The position numbers and the translations under genes are program-made. Below the pieces are notes generated by a model, which made no database searches, was not told where the DNA came from, and worked only from the letters and a program-made list of their open reading frames with translations. Positions 27,642 to 37,671 of a stretch of 64,000 nt of DNA are shown here, piece after piece (the stretch's first letter is position 1; each line of letters starts with the position of its first letter). The DNA comes from Terrimicrobiaceae bacterium (GTDB lineage: Bacteria; Verrucomicrobiota; Verrucomicrobiia; Chthoniobacterales; Terrimicrobiaceae): NCBI GenBank assembly GCA_044342325.1, contig JBIIPZ010000002.1, forward strand, positions 32,001 through 96,000, written 5' to 3'.

Positions 27642-27690
27642 AAAAATTCCTTCGCGCAGGGCATCCGTTTGCTCATAGTTTGCGCGACTT

Positions 27691-28752
27691 ATGCGAACTG
27701 CACTCTTCGACCAACATCTTGCCATCGGCGGCCGCATGGTCGAATTCGCAGGCTGGGAAATGCCCGTTCAATACACCGGAATCCTTCAAGAGCACAAAGC
27801 CGTCCGCGAAGCCTGCGGCGTCTTCGACATCTCGCACATGGGCGAGTTTTTCGTGAGCGGCACCGGGGCCACAGCTTGGCTCGATGGATTGCTCACCAAC
27901 AATCTCGCCGCACTCCCTGTCGGCCATGCCCAATACACGATCCTCCTCAATGAACGCGGCGGGGTGATTGACGATCTCATCGCCTACCGCCTCGGGGAGG
28001 AAAATTATCTCCTCATCGTGAACGCCGCCAAAATCCCGGAGGATGCCGCTTGGCTGCGGAAGCATGCAGCGCCGGGCGTTCATTTCGAGGACCGCAGCGC
28101 CGAGTTCGCCGCTCTAGCGATTCAAGGACCTCACGCCGCATCGGTCTTTGAAAAGCTCTTCCACCGCCCGCTGCCCGCAGAACGCAATCGGGTCGAGGAA
28201 ATCCAATCCGGCCGGTCGTTCATTGCCACCACAGGCTACACCGGCGAGGCGGGATTCGAATGGGTCATGCCCGCCACAGAAGCCGCCACTGCCTGGCAAG
28301 CCGCTCTCGATGCGGGAGCGACCCCCTGTGGACTCGGGGCGCGTGACACCCTCCGCCTCGAAATGTGCTACCCGCTGAACGGCTCCGATCTCTCGCCGGA
28401 TCGCACCCCGCTCGAAGCCGGTCTGGGATATTTCGTCGATCTGAAGAAGCCCGCATTCATTGGCCGTGATGTTCTGCTCGCCCAAAAGGCTTCCATCCTT
28501 CCTCACAAGCTCTGTGCCCTACGCGTCATCGACAAGGCTCCTCCCGTGCGGCCTCACTACAAAGTCTATGTCAACGGCGAGCCGGTCACTGAGACAACCA
28601 GCGGGGCCCTTTCTCCTAGCCTCGGCTACGGTATTGCCATGGCCTATCTGCCGCCTGCCTACTGCGATATCGGGCAGATGGTCGACATCGAAGTCCGCGA
28701 TCGCCGCTTCCGCGCCCAAGTCGTCAAAAAACCATTCTACAAAAAACCATGA
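27691..28752 (+). CDS. gcvT: Glycine cleavage aminomethyltransferase T
   Basis: MVEFAGWEMPVQY, FDISHMGE, TGYTGE.GFE and GLGARDTLRLE. Confidence 0.97.
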   Translation: MRTALFDQHLAIGGRMVEFAGWEMPVQYTGILQEHKAVREACGVFDISHMGEFFVSGTGATAWLDGLLTNNLAALPVGHAQYTILLNERGGVIDDLIAYRLGEENYLLIVNAAKIPEDAAWLRKHAAPGVHFEDRSAEFAALAIQGPHAASVFEKLFHRPLPAERNRVEEIQSGRSFIATTGYTGEAGFEWVMPATEAATAWQAALDAGATPCGLGARDTLRLEMCYPLNGSDLSPDRTPLEAGLGYFVDLKKPAFIGRDVLLAQKASILPHKLCALRVIDKAPPVRPHYKVYVNGEPVTETTSGALSPSLGYGIAMAYLPPAYCDIGQMVDIEVRDRRFRAQVVKKPFYKKP

Positions 28753-29129
28753 ATATTCCTGAAAACCTGCGCTACGCCACCTCCCATGAGTGGATTCTTG
28801 TCGAGGGCGATACCGGCACCGTCGGCATCACCGACCACGCTCAAGCCGAACTGACCGACATTGTTTTTGCCGAGCCTCCCGCAATTGGAAAATCCGTCAA
28901 AGCCGGAGATGTCGCCGCTGTTGTGGAATCCGTGAAAGCAGCCAGCGACATCTATGCTCCGGTGTCCGGCGAGGTCGTCGAACGCAACGAGGCCATCGAA
29001 GCCGACCCCTCGCTGCTCAATACCGATCCCTTCGGCACCGGCTGGATTTTTAAAATCCGCATCGCCGACGCCGCCGAAGTCGCCGCCCTCAAAGACGCCG
29101 CCGCCTACCGGGAGCAGATCGGAGCATGA
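28749..29129 (+). CDS. gcvH: Glycine cleavage H protein
   Basis: HEW, GITDHAQ and the lipoyl site VESVKAASDIYAPVSG. Confidence 0.98.
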   Translation: MNIPENLRYATSHEWILVEGDTGTVGITDHAQAELTDIVFAEPPAIGKSVKAGDVAAVVESVKAASDIYAPVSGEVVERNEAIEADPSLLNTDPFGTGWIFKIRIADAAEVAALKDAAAYREQIGA

Positions 29130-29356
29130 CCATCGCGGAGTTCGAGGATTTTTGCGAAGCCACCAAGCACATGACGGCCGTCCAACGCGCCGAGGCTTAT
29201 GGCATCGATATTTCCTTGATCGACGAAAATCTCCGACTCACGCCTACCCAAAAAATCCGGCAAAACGATATCGCCCTCAATCAAGCGGAAGCCCTTAAAG
29301 CAGCGCTGAATCAAACCCGTGCCAAATCTGGAATCCATCGCCTGCCGACTCGTTGA
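29126..29356 (+). CDS. Small 76-aa protein, putative antitoxin/partner of the downstream nucleotidyltransferase
   Basis: 'YGIDISLIDENLRLTPTQKI' motif; ATGA-coupled to gcvH and overlaps the next gene. Confidence 0.65.
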   Translation: MTIAEFEDFCEATKHMTAVQRAEAYGIDISLIDENLRLTPTQKIRQNDIALNQAEALKAALNQTRAKSGIHRLPTR

Positions 29357-29804
29357 GGCCAAGGTGGAGTTTGTGCTCTGCGGCGGATTGGCTGCCTTTC
29401 TTCAGGGGTCCTCGATTCTCACAACGGATGTCGATGTCGTTTGCGATATGGGCAGCGAAAACATCAGACGCCTTTTCGATGCGGTCAAAGATTTGCATCC
29501 GTATCACCGTATGACGCCCGGACGGATTCCTTTTTCTCTGGAGCAACTCACACCCCAGCCATTTCAGAACATTTACCTTGCCACTGACTGGGGGCAGCTC
29601 GACTGCCTTGGAAATGTCAAAGGTATCGGCGGATACAGCGAATGCCTCAAGTTGAGTGAACCAATCGAAATGGCAGGTTTCACCACGATGACGCTCACTC
29701 TGGAGGGCATACTCATTGCAAAACGCGCCATGGGAAGACCCCGCGATTTACAGGCCGTTTTCGAACTCGAAGCCGCCCGTGAAAGAAAAATCAACCAACA
29801 CTGA
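29319..29804 (+). CDS. Minimal Pol-beta-superfamily nucleotidyltransferase (DUF6036/AbiEii-like)
   Basis: FVLCGGLAAFLQG....TTDVDV (GG + DxD), third Asp in 'GQLDCL', C-terminal 'KRAMGRPRDL'; GTG start. Confidence 0.8.
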   Translation: MPNLESIACRLVEAKVEFVLCGGLAAFLQGSSILTTDVDVVCDMGSENIRRLFDAVKDLHPYHRMTPGRIPFSLEQLTPQPFQNIYLATDWGQLDCLGNVKGIGGYSECLKLSEPIEMAGFTTMTLTLEGILIAKRAMGRPRDLQAVFELEAARERKINQH

Positions 29805-29828
29805 TCGCCAATCGTTACTATTTTTCAC

Positions 29829-32609
29829 ATGACCGCATTTGCCAACCGCCATATCGGCCCCTCATCCACTGAAATCGAAACCATGTGCGCCGCGATCGGC
29901 GCGCAGTCGCTGGACGCGTTGATCGACGAGACCGTGCCTTCGGCGATTCGCTTGCAGCGTGATTTGAATCTCCCCGCCGCCCGCTCGGAGGAGGAGGCTT
30001 TGGCTGAGCTGAAGGCGATCATGGCGGAAAATCAAATCGCCACGAACCACATCGGGATGGGCATTTACGGCACGCACACGCCAGCGGTCATTCGTCGAAA
30101 TATTCTTGAAAATCCCGGTTGGTATACCGCTTACACGCCCTATCAGGCCGAGATAGCCCAAGGTCGCCTGGAGGCGCTCCTGAATTTTCAGACGATGGTT
30201 TGCGACCTGACGGGAATGGAGATTTCTAACGCCTCCTTGCTCGACGAATCCACCGCCGCCGCCGAGGCCATGGCGCTGTGTCAGGACATCAAAGGCGGTG
30301 ACGCGATCTTCGTGGCGGACCATGTCCATCCGCAAACTCTCGCCGTTTTGCAAACCCGCGCCGAGCCGCTTGGCATCAGGATTCTGACTGGTTCCGCAGA
30401 GCAGGGCCCACAAGAGCCTGTTTTTGCCGCCCTCTTCCAATACCCCGCCACCGACGGATCGATCTGTGATCTGGAAAAACTCACAGCCCGCACCCACGCA
30501 TCGGGTGCACTGGCGATAGTTGCCACTGATCTGCTCGCGCTCACGCTCCTCAAGCCGCCCGGCGAATGCGGCGCGGATGTCGTGATCGGATCGAGCCAAC
30601 GCTTCGGTGTGGCTCCCGGATTTGGAGGTCCGCATGCGGCCTTCCTGGCCACGCGCGACGAACACAAGCGCCGCCTTCCCGGTCGTCTCGTGGGTGTTTC
30701 AAAAGACGCCGCCGGCAACCCTGCCTTGCGCCTCACGCTCCAGACCCGCGAACAGCACATCCGTCGCGACAAGGCGACGAGCAACATCTGCACCGCCCAA
30801 GTTTTACTCGCTGTGATGGCCTCGATGTATGCCGTTTATCATGGCCCCGAGGGTCTGCGCGCCATCGCCGGGCGCGTGCATCGCCATGCTGCAAACCTCG
30901 CCGAGTCGCTCAAAAAAGCCGGCCACACTGTGCATCACTCCGCGTTCTTCGACACGGTCAGCGTCACGCCTAAAAACGAATCCGCTTCCGCACTTGTCGC
31001 CCGAGCGGCAAGCGAGGGAATCAATCTCCGTCTGATCAATGAATCCACGGTCGCCATTTCGCTCGACGAAACCACAACCAGCATCGAGCCGCTCTTGAAG
31101 ATTTTCGGAGCCGCCTTTGCGGAATCCTCCGCCGAAACACCCCGCCGCACTTCGCCGTTCCTCACGCATCCGGTTTTCAACACTCACCACACGGAAAGCG
31201 AGATGCTCCGCTACATCCGGCGCTTGGAGGCGAAAGACCTCTCTCTAACCACATCGATGATCCCTCTCGGATCGTGCACGATGAAGCTCAATGCGACCTC
31301 CGAGATGCTGCCAGTGACTTGGGATTCCGTCTCCGCCCTACACCCCTGCGCGCCCGCCGATCAATCGCTTGGCTACCAAAAAATGGCCCGCCAGCTTGAG
31401 GAATGGCTCTCGGAGATCACAGGATTCGCCGCCGTTTCGCTCCAACCGAATGCCGGCTCGCAAGGTGAATACGCCGGCCTCCTCGCCATCAGAGCTTACC
31501 ACCTCTCGCGCGGCGATGCACGCCGCACAGTTTGTCTGATTCCGACCTCCGCGCACGGCACCAACCCCGCCAGTGCCGTCATGGTTGGAATGCAAGTCGT
31601 CCCCGTCGCCTGCGACGCCAGCGGCAATATCGATCTCACCGACCTCCGCGCCAAAGCAGATCTCCACCGCGATAACCTCGCTGCGGTCATGGTGACCTAT
31701 CCCTCGACCCATGGCGTATTCGAGGAGGGCATCCGCGACATTTGCGAAATCATCCACTCCGCTGGTGGCCAGGTTTACATGGACGGCGCCAACATGAATG
31801 CACAGGTCGGTTTGTGCCGTCCGGGTGATTTTGGAGCCGATGTCTGCCACCTGAATCTCCACAAAACCTTCTGTATTCCTCACGGCGGCGGTGGTCCCGG
31901 CGTAGGTCCCATCGGTGTCGCCAAGCACCTCGCCCCATTCCTCCCCGGTGATCCGCTGAAAAAAGGCAACGCCGTTGGCCCTGTCTCGCAGTCGAATCTC
32001 GGCAGTGCGAGCATTCTGGTCATTTCCTGGATGTATATCGCCATGATGGGACCCCGCGCCCTCCGCGATGCCACGGCCGTCTCGATCCTCAACGCAAACT
32101 ACATCGCCGCACGACTCGGCGGGCATTTCCCAATCCTCTACAAAGGCAAATCGGGCCGCGTCGCGCACGAGTGCATCCTCGATCTGCGCGAATGGAAACA
32201 ACGAGCGGGCATCGAGGTTGAAGATGTCGCCAAGCGCCTCATGGATTTTGGATTCCATGCCCCAACGATGAGCTGGCCGGTCGCCGGAACCCTCATGGTC
32301 GAGCCCACCGAGAGCGAGTCCAAGGCGGAAATCGACCGCTTCTGCGACGCCATGCTCACGATCCACGCCGAGCTTGTCGCCGTCGAATCCGGCACCCTAG
32401 ACCGCGCCAACAACCCGCTCAAAAATGCCCCGCACACAGCCGCATGCGTCACCAGCGACGAGTGGACGCGCCCGTATCCGCGCTCGCAAGCCGCCTGGCC
32501 TGCGCCATGGCTCCGCCAGCACAAATTCTGGCCGACAGTCGCCCGTATCGACAATGTTCACGGCGACCGCCATGTGTTCTGCAGCTGTCCGCCGATCCTC
32601 GAAAGTTGA
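29829..32609 (+). CDS. gcvP: Glycine dehydrogenase (decarboxylating), single-chain P protein
   Basis: [40 protein letters not shown] and the PLP site [18 protein letters not shown]. Confidence 0.98.
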   Translation: MTAFANRHIGPSSTEIETMCAAIGAQSLDALIDETVPSAIRLQRDLNLPAARSEEEALAELKAIMAENQIATNHIGMGIYGTHTPAVIRRNILENPGWYTAYTPYQAEIAQGRLEALLNFQTMVCDLTGMEISNASLLDESTAAAEAMALCQDIKGGDAIFVADHVHPQTLAVLQTRAEPLGIRILTGSAEQGPQEPVFAALFQYPATDGSICDLEKLTARTHASGALAIVATDLLALTLLKPPGECGADVVIGSSQRFGVAPGFGGPHAAFLATRDEHKRRLPGRLVGVSKDAAGNPALRLTLQTREQHIRRDKATSNICTAQVLLAVMASMYAVYHGPEGLRAIAGRVHRHAANLAESLKKAGHTVHHSAFFDTVSVTPKNESASALVARAASEGINLRLINESTVAISLDETTTSIEPLLKIFGAAFAESSAETPRRTSPFLTHPVFNTHHTESEMLRYIRRLEAKDLSLTTSMIPLGSCTMKLNATSEMLPVTWDSVSALHPCAPADQSLGYQKMARQLEEWLSEITGFAAVSLQPNAGSQGEYAGLLAIRAYHLSRGDARRTVCLIPTSAHGTNPASAVMVGMQVVPVACDASGNIDLTDLRAKADLHRDNLAAVMVTYPSTHGVFEEGIRDICEIIHSAGGQVYMDGANMNAQVGLCRPGDFGADVCHLNLHKTFCIPHGGGGPGVGPIGVAKHLAPFLPGDPLKKGNAVGPVSQSNLGSASILVISWMYIAMMGPRALRDATAVSILNANYIAARLGGHFPILYKGKSGRVAHECILDLREWKQRAGIEVEDVAKRLMDFGFHAPTMSWPVAGTLMVEPTESESKAEIDRFCDAMLTIHAELVAVESGTLDRANNPLKNAPHTAACVTSDEWTRPYPRSQAAWPAPWLRQHKFWPTVARIDNVHGDRHVFCSCPPILES

Positions 32610-32615
32610 GCCTGT

Positions 32616-33392
32616 TTAGACAGGTTGCGTGCCTTTGCAGTCGGGATATTTCGTGCAGCCCAAAAATTGCTGCCCGGCATTCTTTCCGCTTTTGGCTGTG
32701 CGAAGAGCCATGTGCGATTCGCATTGCGGGCACTTTGGGGGAAGATCGGTCGGATCGGTCTGATCAGACGGATCCGACCGATCTTGCTTTTTGCGATGGG
32801 CGAGTCTTGCCGTGGCGAGTTGTTCGGAGTAGCCGCCGCCTTCCACAAAGCCCTTTTCGAGCGCGGCGATCTGGCGGTCGAGAAGGAAGTTCGCTTGGTT
32901 GATCAGGCAGATGAGTGTGTTCGCGCGGATTCCCGGGTCGTTGCTTTCGAGCCAGCGTGCGTAGAGCGCAAAGCGCTGCTCGTCGTTGAGATCGGTCAGA
33001 TCAGTCGGATCAGTCGGATCGGACTGATCCGACCGATCTTTTCGAAACTCCTGCGGCACGCGCCGCACGGCGCTGGCTTCCTTGCTGTCGGGATCCCATT
33101 GCGGGAGTCGCCGCTGGCGCAGGTAGTCTTCGTAGTCCAGCAGAAGCTCGTCCAAGCTAGAGCGTGCGACATTCACCAAGCGCAGTTCGGTTTGCGACGA
33201 AGTCGCCGAAGCCCGACTGCCCTCGGCGATGTTTTGCCGGCCGCTGCGGGCGGCTTGGATCATCTGGTCCACAGTGCGCGAGCGGGCATCCAGGAACTTT
33301 TCGCAGAACCACACCGTGGCATCGTAGATGATCGTCGTTGTTTGAAAGCTCGCGGTGTCACGGTAACCGCCACTTGGGCGCAATTTTTTCAT
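32616..33392 (-). CDS. Four-helix-bundle (Avd/23S-IVP-like) protein with suffix domain and C-terminal topoisomerase-type C4 zinc finger
   Basis: GGYR, 'RTVDQMIQAARSGRQNIAEGS', 'L.NVARSSL.ELLLDYEDYLRQR', 'LI.QA.FLLDRQI..LE..F..GGGYSE.L', then CPQC...FLGCTKYPDC. Confidence 0.88.
   Translation of the reverse strand: MKKLRPSGGYRDTASFQTTTIIYDATVWFCEKFLDARSRTVDQMIQAARSGRQNIAEGSRASATSSQTELRLVNVARSSLDELLLDYEDYLRQRRLPQWDPDSKEASAVRRVPQEFRKDRSDQSDPTDPTDLTDLNDEQRFALYARWLESNDPGIRANTLICLINQANFLLDRQIAALEKGFVEGGGYSEQLATARLAHRKKQDRSDPSDQTDPTDLPPKCPQCESHMALRTAKSGKNAGQQFLGCTKYPDCKGTQPV
32742..32785. repeat. 44-bp near-perfect palindrome made of 9-bp GATC-phased units
   Basis: AAGATCGGTCGGATCGGTCTGATCAGACGGATCCGACCGATCTT: 21 of 22 pairs are complementary; GATC at 32744, 32753, 32762, 32771 and 32780. 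Confidence 0.95.
32989..33039. repeat. 51-bp imperfect palindrome made of 9-bp GATC-phased units
   Basis: 23-bp arms with 2 mismatches and a 5-nt loop; GATC at 32990, 32999, 33008, 33017, 33026 and 33035. Confidence 0.95.
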
Positions 33393-33548
33393 GGGTTCGA
33401 TTTTCGAGTTGGAAAAGTGTCCGCATGCCAGCCGGGTTCAACAAAATTATTGTGAACATATTGTCCCCTATCTCGGGACTGCTGAGCCGCAGTGGATTTG
33501 CCATCGCTCTCGCATGGCGGATGTTTTGTGGAAACACTAAGCATCCGA

Positions 33549-34877
33549 ATGAGAGAGTTTGTTACGAAGATTCCAAAAAAGAGGCTCGAGGCCGTTGCGA
33601 GTGCGGCATTCGCAGTCTTGATGCTTCTTTTTGCGGCGGACAGTTGGTTTTCCCACATGACCAGCCGACATCTTCTCGATTCGATCGTCTGGGTTGATCT
33701 GAAACACGGTCAACTTGATCTGGCGAAGAATGTCCAACTTGAACTCAGGGAGGCTGAATCGGCACTGCGCAGCTATGTCATAACGGGCAATTCTGCGAAG
33801 CGTGATGAATATCTCAAAAAGTCCGCCGCAATCATGGACGAGCGCTTTGCGAATCTACTTGGAACGGCTGCCGGTGATGAGCAAATGCTCCACACGCTCG
33901 AGCGGATCGGCGGTCTGATTCATCGTTGGTTAGATCTATTGAATGAGTCCCATATGGCTTATGAAACGGGTTCGGGTGGGCAGAACCCGATTCATCGCAA
34001 GGGCGATCTGGTCATGCAGCAGATCACAGCGGCATTTCAGGAGTTCGTGGCCGAGCAGCATCAAATCCTGCAGGCCCGTATTCTGGAGCGAAAACATGAA
34101 TCCGATCGGCTGATGTATGCGATGCTGGCAAGTGGTGTGCTGGCGGTGGCCATTGTTGCGCTTGCCCTGACGGTGATTCTTCGCGGCCTCTACAGACACC
34201 GTGAGGCCGAGGAAAAAAGCCGCGCCAGTTTGGAGGAGAAGGAGAATCTTTTAAAAGAAATTCACCATCGGGTGAAAAACAACCTTCAGATTATTTCCAG
34301 CCTGCTTCTGCTACAGGCATCGAAATTGAAGGATGCCGAGGCAGCTGAAATTTTTTCCGAGTGTCGCGAGAGAATCCAATTCATGGCCCGCCTCCATGAG
34401 CAACTCTACTCTTCGGGAAATCTTCAGCGGATCGAATTTGGAAAGAACCTCGCCGAAATCGCCGAGGCGCTTTTGCATTCCCACTCGCCTGCAGGGTGCC
34501 AACTGACGCTGGAGAAGAGTATCGATCCGCTGGAGCTTGATGTGGACACCTCGCAGGTGCTGGGGTTGCTGGCCACGGAGCTGCTTTTGAATTCTCTCAA
34601 ACATGGGTTCAAAGGGCGTAAGACAGGCGCCATTCGCCTTGAACTGCACGGAGGAGCGAAAAATACCATGGTCGTCAGCGATAACGGAGTTGGCCTGCCA
34701 GCTAATTTCGACAGTCTGAAAAGCGGCCGCATGGGTATGAATCTCGCGCATGCTCTCGCCAGGCAGATTCGCGGCGAAGCAAACTTTTCCAACAATCCTG
34801 GAGGAGGAACTCGCGTGGTGGTGGGGTTTTCCCTTGAGCCCACCTTGAAAAGCACTCCTGTAGGACGAAATTCTTAA
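33549..34877 (+). CDS. Membrane sensor kinase, CHASE3-like periplasmic domain + HisKA_2/HWE-type kinase
   Basis: Two TM helices flank 'EAESALRSYVITG...Y'; H-box 'LLKEIHHRVKNNLQIISSLL'; ELLLNSLKHGF; DNGVG. Confidence 0.88.
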   Translation: MREFVTKIPKKRLEAVASAAFAVLMLLFAADSWFSHMTSRHLLDSIVWVDLKHGQLDLAKNVQLELREAESALRSYVITGNSAKRDEYLKKSAAIMDERFANLLGTAAGDEQMLHTLERIGGLIHRWLDLLNESHMAYETGSGGQNPIHRKGDLVMQQITAAFQEFVAEQHQILQARILERKHESDRLMYAMLASGVLAVAIVALALTVILRGLYRHREAEEKSRASLEEKENLLKEIHHRVKNNLQIISSLLLLQASKLKDAEAAEIFSECRERIQFMARLHEQLYSSGNLQRIEFGKNLAEIAEALLHSHSPAGCQLTLEKSIDPLELDVDTSQVLGLLATELLLNSLKHGFKGRKTGAIRLELHGGAKNTMVVSDNGVGLPANFDSLKSGRMGMNLAHALARQIRGEANFSNNPGGGTRVVVGFSLEPTLKSTPVGRNS

Positions 34878-34878
34878 T

Positions 34879-35286
34879 ATGGAACCGACACGCATTTTGA
34901 TCGCCGAAGACGAGGCGATCACCGCCATCGCGCTGAAAAGCGAACTCGTCTCGCTTGGCTACGAGGTGGTGGGGATTACGGATACCGCCGAGGAAGTGGT
35001 CCGCGCCGCAGGGGATTTGCAGCCGGATGTCGTCTTCATGGACATAACTCTGAAAGGCGTGCTCGACGGCATCACCGCCGCTGTGGCGATCCGAGGGCGG
35101 ACTGGTGCGCCGGTTGTTTTTCTCACCGCGCATGCAGATGAAAAAACGATGAAGCGCTCGGTTTTTGCAGGGCCTTTTGAATACATACTCAAGCCATTCA
35201 CCCGAAAAGAGCTTCAATCCGCCGTGGAGGCTTCGCTCCAGAAGCGCCAAGTGGAACTTCAGGGACGAACGATGCTGCAGCGCTAA
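34879..35286 (+). CDS. Single-domain response regulator
   Basis: ILIAEDE, PDVVFMDI.L.G..DG, VVFLTA and YILKPF. Confidence 0.92.
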   Translation: MEPTRILIAEDEAITAIALKSELVSLGYEVVGITDTAEEVVRAAGDLQPDVVFMDITLKGVLDGITAAVAIRGRTGAPVVFLTAHADEKTMKRSVFAGPFEYILKPFTRKELQSAVEASLQKRQVELQGRTMLQR

Positions 35287-35337
35287 AAGGTAATCCCAGC
35301 CTCGCTTTTGCGGGGACGATCACCAAGCATTCCCGAA

Positions 35338-37593
35338 ATGGCAATCGATCCGGTCTGTGGCATGGAGGTGGACGAATCCACCGGACTTCGCGGCGAGCGC
35401 GGAGGAGAGGTGTTCTACTTTTGTTGCGATCATTGCAGACAAAAGTTTTTGAATCCTCCGGCTGAGGAAAAGCCCGTCCCTCAAAATGCCATTTACACTT
35501 GTCCGATGCATCCGGAGGTGAGCCAGAAACATCCTGGCGACTGCCCAATGTGCGGCATGGCGCTCGAGCCACTCGATGCGACCGGGGAAGATTCCGGGAG
35601 TGGGGAACTGGACGATATGACGCAGCGCTTCGTGGTCTCCGTCCTCTTTGGATTACCTGTGTTTCTTTTGGCGATGGCACACCTCTTTCCAGTAACGGCA
35701 GCCTTCGGCGATAGCGACATGTCACGCTGGCTACAGTTCCTCCTTTCTGTGCCTGTGGTGTGCTGGTGTGGCTTCCCGTTTTTTCTCCGTGGGTGGCGCT
35801 CGGTCTCAAGCGGGCATTGGAATATGTTCACACTCATTTCGCTTGGAGTGGGTGCGGCATTTCTTATGAGCGCCGCTGCTATGCTAGCGCCGGATTTCTT
35901 TCCCCATTCGTTGCGGCATGGCGGCAAGGTGCCTGTTTACTTCGAATCCGCAGCTGTGATCATTGCGCTTGTCCTCCTCGGTCAGGTGCTCGAGCTACGT
36001 GCGCGCGGCAGGACGGGAGGCGCGATTCGAGCTCTACTGAATCTCTCCCCGCGTGTTGCGCGTAAGCTCACGGATGCCGGGGATTGTGAAATCCCCCTCG
36101 CGCAGGTTCAGGCAGGCGACCGGTTGCGCGTGGTGCCGGGCGGCAGCGTGCCGGTGGATGGCGAGCTCATCGAGGGGCATTCTAGCATCGATGAGTCGAT
36201 GATCACTGGCGAGTCGCTGCCGATTGAGAAAAACACGGGGGATAAGGTTTCAGCAGGCACTTTGAACGGCTCCGGGACATTCGTCATGCGCGCAGAGCGG
36301 GTCGGCTCCGACACACTGCTCGGCCGCATTGTGCAAATGGTCGCTGATGCGCAGCGCACACGGGCCCCGATTCAGGGGCTTGCCGACAAAGTGGCGGGAA
36401 TTTTTGTTCCAGTCGTGCTGGCGGTTTCGATTCTCACATTCCTCGCGTGGATCGGGTTCGGCCCGGAGCCGAGGCTCGCCCATGCCATCGTGAATGCCGT
36501 AGCCGTTCTCATTATCGCCTGCCCTTGCGCACTCGGCCTTGCCACGCCGATGTCCATCATGGTCGCAGTCGGTCGTGGCGCACGCGAGGGCGTGCTGGTG
36601 AAGGATGCCGCTACACTCCAAGAGTTGGAAAAAATCACGACTCTGGTGCTCGATAAAACCGGCACCCTCACCGAGGGACGCCCCCAGCTTGTGGAGATAA
36701 TTCCCGTCGATGGCATGGATGCAAAGGAAGTGCTCCAGATTGCCGCATCACTCGAGCAAGGCAGCGAGCATCCGCTTGCGGATGCGGTTCTCCGTGGCGC
36801 GAAGGATATTGCTCTTCTGCCAACCACCAACTTCCGCGCTGTGGCCGGCGGCGGCGTGCTCGGGGATGTTGCGGGCCGCAAGATTGTGGTCGGGAAGGCA
36901 GAGTTTTTGCGGAGCGAAAAAATCACGGGCCTCGACCATCTGGAAACTCTGGCGATCAAGCTCCAAGAGGACGGCAAATCGGTTCTCTTTATCGCTGGCG
37001 ACGGAATGGCCTATGGGCTGATCGCTGTCTTCGATCCCATCAAAGCGACAAGCGCCGCCGCGTTGGCGGATCTCCATGCGCTGGGCCTTAAAATCACGAT
37101 GCTCACGGGTGACAACGAGCGCACGGCTGCAGCTGTCGCCCGGCAACTCGGGCTGGATTCTTTCGAGTCGGGCATCGAGCCCCTCGCCAAGGCGGCTTTC
37201 ATCAAAAAACTTCGCGTCGACGGGGAACGCGTCGCCATGGCGGGGGATGGAATCAATGACGCTCCTGCGCTCAGCGAGGCCCATGTTGGGATTGCCATGG
37301 GAAATGGAACCGATGTCGCAATCCAAAGCGCCGGCATCACTCTCGTGAAAGGCGACCTCCGAGGCATCGCCCGGGCCATCCGCTTGAGTCGCGAGACGAT
37401 GCGGAACATTCGTCAGAATCTCTTCTTTGCCTTCCTCTACAACGCGCTTGGAATCCCCATAGCGGCAGGTGTGCTTTATCCTTTTTTCGGTCTCTTACTC
37501 AGTCCCATTCTGGCCGGTGCCGCCATGAGCATGAGTTCCGTATGCGTCATTGCCAATGCGCTGAGGCTCGAGCGCGCCAAGGGGAATACTTGA
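35338..37593 (+). CDS. copA: Cu(I)/Ag(I)-type P1B ATPase with N-terminal YHS and heavy-metal-binding domains
   Basis: DPVCGM..YFCC..C, YTCPMHPE..CP.CGM, TGES, CPC, DKTGT, SEHP, GDGINDAPAL, YN and MSMSS. Confidence 0.93.
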   Translation: MAIDPVCGMEVDESTGLRGERGGEVFYFCCDHCRQKFLNPPAEEKPVPQNAIYTCPMHPEVSQKHPGDCPMCGMALEPLDATGEDSGSGELDDMTQRFVVSVLFGLPVFLLAMAHLFPVTAAFGDSDMSRWLQFLLSVPVVCWCGFPFFLRGWRSVSSGHWNMFTLISLGVGAAFLMSAAAMLAPDFFPHSLRHGGKVPVYFESAAVIIALVLLGQVLELRARGRTGGAIRALLNLSPRVARKLTDAGDCEIPLAQVQAGDRLRVVPGGSVPVDGELIEGHSSIDESMITGESLPIEKNTGDKVSAGTLNGSGTFVMRAERVGSDTLLGRIVQMVADAQRTRAPIQGLADKVAGIFVPVVLAVSILTFLAWIGFGPEPRLAHAIVNAVAVLIIACPCALGLATPMSIMVAVGRGAREGVLVKDAATLQELEKITTLVLDKTGTLTEGRPQLVEIIPVDGMDAKEVLQIAASLEQGSEHPLADAVLRGAKDIALLPTTNFRAVAGGGVLGDVAGRKIVVGKAEFLRSEKITGLDHLETLAIKLQEDGKSVLFIAGDGMAYGLIAVFDPIKATSAAALADLHALGLKITMLTGDNERTAAAVARQLGLDSFESGIEPLAKAAFIKKLRVDGERVAMAGDGINDAPALSEAHVGIAMGNGTDVAIQSAGITLVKGDLRGIARAIRLSRETMRNIRQNLFFAFLYNALGIPIAAGVLYPFFGLLLSPILAGAAMSMSSVCVIANALRLERAKGNT

Positions 37594-37629
37594 TCTCCAA
37601 GAAAAATCTCAAAAATTTCAACGAAAGTG

Positions 37630-37657
37630 TTGACACTCCACAAAGTTTCCCTACTTT
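37630..37657 (+). promoter_or_regulatory. Putative sigma70 promoter of rpmB
   Basis: TTGACA (37630-37635), N16, TACTTT (37652-37657). Confidence 0.55.
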
Positions 37658-37671
37658 CGGCCGTCCATCTT

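Noticed and set aside
27642..27690. Glycine riboswitch upstream of gcvT
   Set aside because: The gap is only 49 bp and no aptamer consensus is visible.
32742..33039. CRISPR array
   Set aside because: Only two hairpins of 9-bp units inside a CDS; no regular repeat-spacer pattern and no cas genes.
32616..33392. Diversity-generating retroelement suggested by the Avd-like fold
   Set aside because: No reverse transcriptase and no TR/VR pair differing at adenines was seen in the window.
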